IMG/VR virus record: IMGVR_UViG_3300028603_000033
Strand: one strand, 5' to 3'
DNA length: 20,000 nucleotides
Source: an uncultured virus (IMG/VR IMGVR_UViG_3300028603_000033)
Taxonomy: Duplodnaviria > Heunggongvirae > Uroviricota > Caudoviricetes
Shown here: piece by piece, positions 16,158 through 20,000 of the stretch
How the letters are laid out: the number at the start of each line of letters is the position of its first letter
How positions within the stretch are numbered: position 1 is the stretch's first letter
Notes under the pieces: model-generated
Told to the model about the DNA's origin: nothing
The model's database searches: none
The model's input: only the letters and a program-made list of their open reading frames with translations
Made by a program: the position numbers and the translations under genes

Positions 16158-16637
16158 TTAGAAAGGCACCTTAAATAATAAAAATCCTTCATAAGGTCTT
16201 TCTTTATATGCTAAAAATGATGATGTATTATGTGCAACAAAATGGGGAGACATTTTAGCATATTTAAGAATGTGGGGTGTTACCTTACAATTAAAAAGCA
16301 TCACGCATTGTTTAAATGCAAATACATCCTTAGGAAATATCTTTTCCAATTCCTTATTATCTGTAACAATAATAAATCCCATTGCCCATGGATGACTAAG
16401 TAACTTTTTATGAATTTGAAGATTGCTTAATAAGACACTATATGCTAATTGATCCGGCTTAATAAGTTGTCCATATGTACAATAAGAATATCTTAATGCA
16501 AAAGCTAGTCCAACAGGTCCTGACATAAGTTGGACACCTACAATTTCTGAAGTAATCAATTCGGGAAATGTTCTCCGAATCATAGGAATTAATAATTTAG
16601 GTAAACGAGGATCCGGTGGAACGACTGTTGAGTTCAT
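16158..16637 (-). CDS. Protein with N-terminal major-capsid (gp23) Gol-region segment fused to an unknown domain
   Basis: aa 13-52 PKLLIPMIRRTFPELITSEIVGVQLMSGPVGLAFALRYSY match the most conserved block of T4-type gp23; the remaining ~105 aa do not resemble capsid; far too short to be the MCP. Confidence 0.8.
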   Translation of the reverse strand: MNSTVVPPDPRLPKLLIPMIRRTFPELITSEIVGVQLMSGPVGLAFALRYSYCTYGQLIKPDQLAYSVLLSNLQIHKKLLSHPWAMGFIIVTDNKELEKIFPKDVFAFKQCVMLFNCKVTPHILKYAKMSPHFVAHNTSSFLAYKERPYEGFLLFKVPF

Positions 16638-17022
16638 CTTTCAATTCTTTCATAAATTCTATATGATCTTTGGGTGCCGTTTTAAATTGGAAACCATATT
16701 TCCGTTTTTTAAGATCATCATATACTAACTTCAAATTTTCAATAGATATTTTAGTCAAATCATTATCCATATCATTTGGATCTTCATAGTCTTCTTGATA
16801 CTGTTCTAATTGATGAATAAAATTAGTAAAAAGAGATTGTTGTATGGAATGTTTAGGATAGGCAACTTTGGTCATTTTTGCCCAATTCATAACTCTATCA
16901 AAATTAAAGATATTGGGATGTTTAACTATAAATCTTTTTACATAGTCAATTTTTTCTCCGACATCTTTCAACTTACGAGCATTAACTCGAACTATTTGCC
17001 AATGTATGTTGAATTTGTTCAT
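16597..17022 (-). CDS. Hypothetical protein
   Basis: 141 aa, GAAGGA SD, overlaps neighbours. Confidence 0.65.
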   Translation of the reverse strand: MNKFNIHWQIVRVNARKLKDVGEKIDYVKRFIVKHPNIFNFDRVMNWAKMTKVAYPKHSIQQSLFTNFIHQLEQYQEDYEDPNDMDNDLTKISIENLKLVYDDLKKRKYGFQFKTAPKDHIEFMKELKDELNSRSTGSSFT

Positions 17023-17404
17023 ATTTTTCCTTCTGCTGTTCTGATGGAATCCAAAACATTATACTTGTTGAATGGTGTTGTATAAAGGTTTTATTTCTTT
17101 TTCCGGAAATAGGGTTTATTGTTTTAGTAAAGGTAGTATAATCTAAGAAAAAGGGATTATTTTTAAATATAGTTAATACATCTTTGATATCATCTTTAAT
17201 GTCTATTGAGCAATAACGTTTAACTTTTTTAACTTTTCCATTTTCCACTCTAGTCTTATTTGATCTAGGATTAGTAATAATGATAACTCTACGAAGTTTA
17301 GGATGAAAGCCTATATTGTCAGGAATATTAAGCAAACGATATAGTAGTATACACTCTAAATCGTTTGCTTTGCATTGTTTAACGCGATATACATTGCTAT
17401 CCAT
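16982..17404 (-). CDS. Hypothetical protein
   Basis: 140 aa basic ORF starting 2 nt after the HNH stop. Confidence 0.55.
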   Translation of the reverse strand: MDSNVYRVKQCKANDLECILLYRLLNIPDNIGFHPKLRRVIIITNPRSNKTRVENGKVKKVKRYCSIDIKDDIKDVLTIFKNNPFFLDYTTFTKTINPISGKRNKTFIQHHSTSIMFWIPSEQQKEKYEQIQHTLANSSS

Positions 17405-17406
17405 AA

Positions 17407-18072
17407 TTAATTTAATAACTTAGTAATTCTTTCAAACGTATCTTTATTATAAAATTCATAAGGAAGACTATTTCCTTTATTTTTATTGCAATTAAAACAC
17501 ATTAATGTTGCATTATTTCTTGTTAACGGATAACCTTTAGATAATGGATACCAATGATCTATATTTAAATTTTTTGTACTTTCACAAATAACACATTTGT
17601 TATCAAATAATTGCTTCGTATACGCCTCATCAAATTTTGTATAATTCTCATTAACTAACAATTTTCGTGCCCTTCTAATTCTACTATTCTTTCTACAACG
17701 AGCTAAATGATTTTCTGTATGTTTTGTTTTATTGTAATAATTTGTAGCAATTTCAATATTTTTTTTGCGCCAATCAGGATCATTTTTGCGTTTTTCTTTT
17801 TGCCATTTTTTTGCATCCTTATTACGTTTGGCTACATAAGCCATATCAGATTTTCTTCGCAATAAAGAATATTTTTTAGAATTTTCAAGTATTTTATCAT
17901 AATTATCATAATTCTTTTTTAGAGTATATTTTTTATATTCGGGATTAATCCAAAAATTTATTGTATTGTATGATATATTATATTTTTTTGATGCCTTATT
18001 TTTATTATATAATTTGGCATATTGTATTATTTCTTCTTTTAATTGTTGAGATATTCGTGGTTTATTTTTCAT
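17407..18072 (-). CDS. Free-standing HNH homing endonuclease
   Basis: N-terminal HTH-like KASKKYNISYNTINFW, K/R-rich linker, CVICESTKNLNIDHWYPLSKG...NNATLMCFNCNKNKGN; very AT-rich; GGGTAAATA-TTTAT-ATG upstream (18078-18086). Confidence 0.88.
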   Translation of the reverse strand: MKNKPRISQQLKEEIIQYAKLYNKNKASKKYNISYNTINFWINPEYKKYTLKKNYDNYDKILENSKKYSLLRRKSDMAYVAKRNKDAKKWQKEKRKNDPDWRKKNIEIATNYYNKTKHTENHLARCRKNSRIRRARKLLVNENYTKFDEAYTKQLFDNKCVICESTKNLNIDHWYPLSKGYPLTRNNATLMCFNCNKNKGNSLPYEFYNKDTFERITKLLN

Positions 18073-18124
18073 ATAAATATTTACCCAACAATTCCTAATT
18101 TTCTGACGGTTTTGTTGAAAATAA

Positions 18125-19438
18125 TTAATAATCTGATAAACAACAAATATTTTTACAAACTTTTTCTACAATTGTTGATGTTCCAGATTTGGAAATTACA
18201 ATAAGAGTTGGACATTTATCAGAGATATATGGTTCGGATTCTACAAATCCGTCTGAAAATATAATACACACATTTGAATGACCACTAACATTCTCATCAA
18301 CCCAATGTCCGAAACTACCCATTGTAGTTCCACCACTTGTACTAGGTTTGAATTCAAACAGTTCGTTAGGATTGCCGCGAGGAACGGTTTTGATATCAGC
18401 TTCGTAGACACCATCGTTCCAAGGAACAATCTTCATTTGAACCTGAGGGAATCCACAAGCAATTCCATATACTTCTTTCATGAATTCATTATATTCTTCT
18501 TGACCAACACTACCTGAAACATCGACGCCAACCAGGATATCCATGTTTTCTTTAATAACACTAGGCATGTAATAACCAACACCCTGACTTTTCTTACCAG
18601 GACGTCGCATAGTAAAATCAATCGGAATAGTACTAGTCAAGAAACGTTGCAAAACTTGCTTCCAATTGATTTTAGGTTGCAAGAGTCGTTCCATTTCACG
18701 ACCTAGAGAAGGACAACTACCAACACCACGTTGCTGATTGTGTGCAATATGTGCTTGTGCAGCTTTACCTTTCCAATATTCTTCATTATTTTTCTTATCG
18801 GCTTCCGATAGACCAGAACCATCTTTATCGTATTGTGCACCATTACCATCTTTACCGCTGCAGTTTTCACCTACATCATTTTTACCACCTTGAATGTGAA
18901 TATCAAATCCACCTTTATAAGGTTTAGTAGGATCACCAGAACCTAATGCAGATTGAACGTGCTTAATAATCTTCATTAAGTCTTCGTAAACTTGTTCAGC
19001 AAAGCGTTCTTTAATTTGAATGGTGTGTCGTTTTCCGGTTTCATCCTCTAACACCCAATTACCTTGAGAGTTAGCGGTAAGCAATCCTTTAGGAGGAACG
19101 AATCCATCTTCAATTAACATATAGTTAATAACTAAGTCCGTTGCGATATTCCACAATTCAAGATTACGACTACCCTTACGAGGAATAGTAATTGTTGAAA
19201 TGTGACTAGCTTCGTGTGCTAAAACGAATTGCAATTCACCATCCGTTAACGTTTGGACGAATTTATCACAATAGAACAAATCTCCCAATTCATTTACGGC
19301 CATTGTGGGAATAATTTCAGGTTCTTGAGTGTGCATAATCCTCATACCCATTAAAATATAGGCATAAAAGGGAGCACGATGCATCAAATCGATTTTAGTA
19401 CGAATGATGCGGTCTTCAGTATTAAGTGTTCTGCTCAT
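18125..19438 (-). CDS. DUF2201-type HEXXH metallopeptidase-like + VWA domain protein
   Basis: PFYAYIL, IPTMAVN, FVLAHEASH, WNIATDLVIN, INWKQVLQRFL, MIDAS VGVDVSGS, SGGTT, IIFSDGF. Confidence 0.92.
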   Translation of the reverse strand: MSRTLNTEDRIIRTKIDLMHRAPFYAYILMGMRIMHTQEPEIIPTMAVNELGDLFYCDKFVQTLTDGELQFVLAHEASHISTITIPRKGSRNLELWNIATDLVINYMLIEDGFVPPKGLLTANSQGNWVLEDETGKRHTIQIKERFAEQVYEDLMKIIKHVQSALGSGDPTKPYKGGFDIHIQGGKNDVGENCSGKDGNGAQYDKDGSGLSEADKKNNEEYWKGKAAQAHIAHNQQRGVGSCPSLGREMERLLQPKINWKQVLQRFLTSTIPIDFTMRRPGKKSQGVGYYMPSVIKENMDILVGVDVSGSVGQEEYNEFMKEVYGIACGFPQVQMKIVPWNDGVYEADIKTVPRGNPNELFEFKPSTSGGTTMGSFGHWVDENVSGHSNVCIIFSDGFVESEPYISDKCPTLIVISKSGTSTIVEKVCKNICCLSDY

Positions 19439-19463
19439 TTAATTCCTTAATTGTTATATAATA

Positions 19464-19499
19464 ATTATAGCGGTTATTATATGAAATAACAACCGCTAT
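19464..19499 (-). promoter_or_regulatory. Sigma70-like promoter overlapped by a 14-bp inverted repeat
   Basis: TTGTTA-N17-TATAAT (19492-19464); arms ATAGCGGTTGTTAT / ATAATAACCGCTAT with a 5-nt loop (19467-19499). Confidence 0.65.
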
Positions 19500-19522
19500 C
19501 TTGATTACCATTCCATTATATT

Positions 19523-19999
19523 TTACAGAAGGTACTTACCGTATTCCTTTGCCAGCTTCGAGAATTTCTTACTAGTACCAACACTCTTAGCGAATTTCTT
19601 GGTATCGGCATTACAGAGCATCTTCAAGCTAACAATTGCGAAGTCCTTACGCATATAGCTAATGACATCCAATAATGAGTCGAACAGGGTTTCATCCTTG
19701 CGGTACTTTTCAACAAGACCACCAGAAACAGCCCAGCACTTATCAACAGAGAAACCAGCAACCATCTCAGGTTTCTTAAAGATCTGTGCCCAATTCAATT
19801 CCATATAGTACTTAACGTATGCCTGGAACTCAACTGCGAAGGCTTGACCACAAGAACAGGTAATATACTTGCGAGTAGTATTACCAGAAATGTCACCATC
19901 GCCGATTAATGTGCTAGCACGACAAATCGAACGAGGAGTACTTCCCTTATCTGAACCCTTAACTTTATCCAAAGAATAGAGATACATCTCTTTCCAGTT
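19523..19999 (-). CDS. MoxR-like AAA+ ATPase, C-terminal part (5' end outside the window)
   Basis: Frame is open to the window edge (...NWKEMYLY); sensor-2-like STPRS motif and G...AVEFQAY; upstream of a DUF2201/VWA gene, the usual pairing. Walker motifs not visible. Confidence 0.72.
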   Translation of the reverse strand, partial: NWKEMYLYSLDKVKGSDKGSTPRSICRASTLIGDGDISGNTTRKYITCSCGQAFAVEFQAYVKYYMELNWAQIFKKPEMVAGFSVDKCWAVSGGLVEKYRKDETLFDSLLDVISYMRKDFAIVSLKMLCNADTKKFAKSVGTSKKFSKLAKEYGKYLL

Positions 20000-20000
20000 A

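Noticed and set aside
16158..16637. The real major capsid protein or a frameshifted capsid pseudogene
   Set aside because: Only about 40 aa resemble gp23; the neighbouring ORFs show no other capsid motifs and the context is not structural.
15633..18927. ORFs 15633-16130(+), 16810-17085(+), 18241-18429(-), 18278-18517(+), 18742-18927(+)
   Set aside because: Shadow or out-of-frame ORFs over NADAR, small genes and the VWA gene.

Overview
AT-rich segment of a large T4-like (myovirus) phage genome, standard genetic code. The left part (1-7.7 kb) is a rearranged morphogenesis block: tail sheath (partial), gp3-like tail completion protein, terminase large subunit, and then, divergently, an acidic prohead/scaffold-like protein, a Pol-beta-family nucleotidyltransferase, a basic protein and a gp14-like neck protein. 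The right part (7.7-20 kb, mostly minus strand) is an accessory/early block: Zn-ribbon and hypothetical proteins, T4 RNase H-like 5'-3' exonuclease, GNAT, tRNA-Gln(UUG), a Vsr/DUF559-like endonuclease, an HEXXH metallopeptidase, two HNH nucleases, tRNA-Arg(UCU) with an atypical C33, a NADAR protein, a DUF2201/VWA protein and the end of a MoxR-like AAA+ ATPase. Most notable: (1) a 159-aa non-capsid protein carrying a stand-alone copy of the gp23 'Gol peptide' region, inside what looks like a counter-defence cluster; (2) a late-promoter-like motif G(G/A)GTAAATA that often lies only 5-6 nt before ATG, implying leaderless late mRNAs; (3) a nucleotidyltransferase with a capsid-targeting-like leader among head genes. 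All family assignments come from motif recognition by eye, with no database search.
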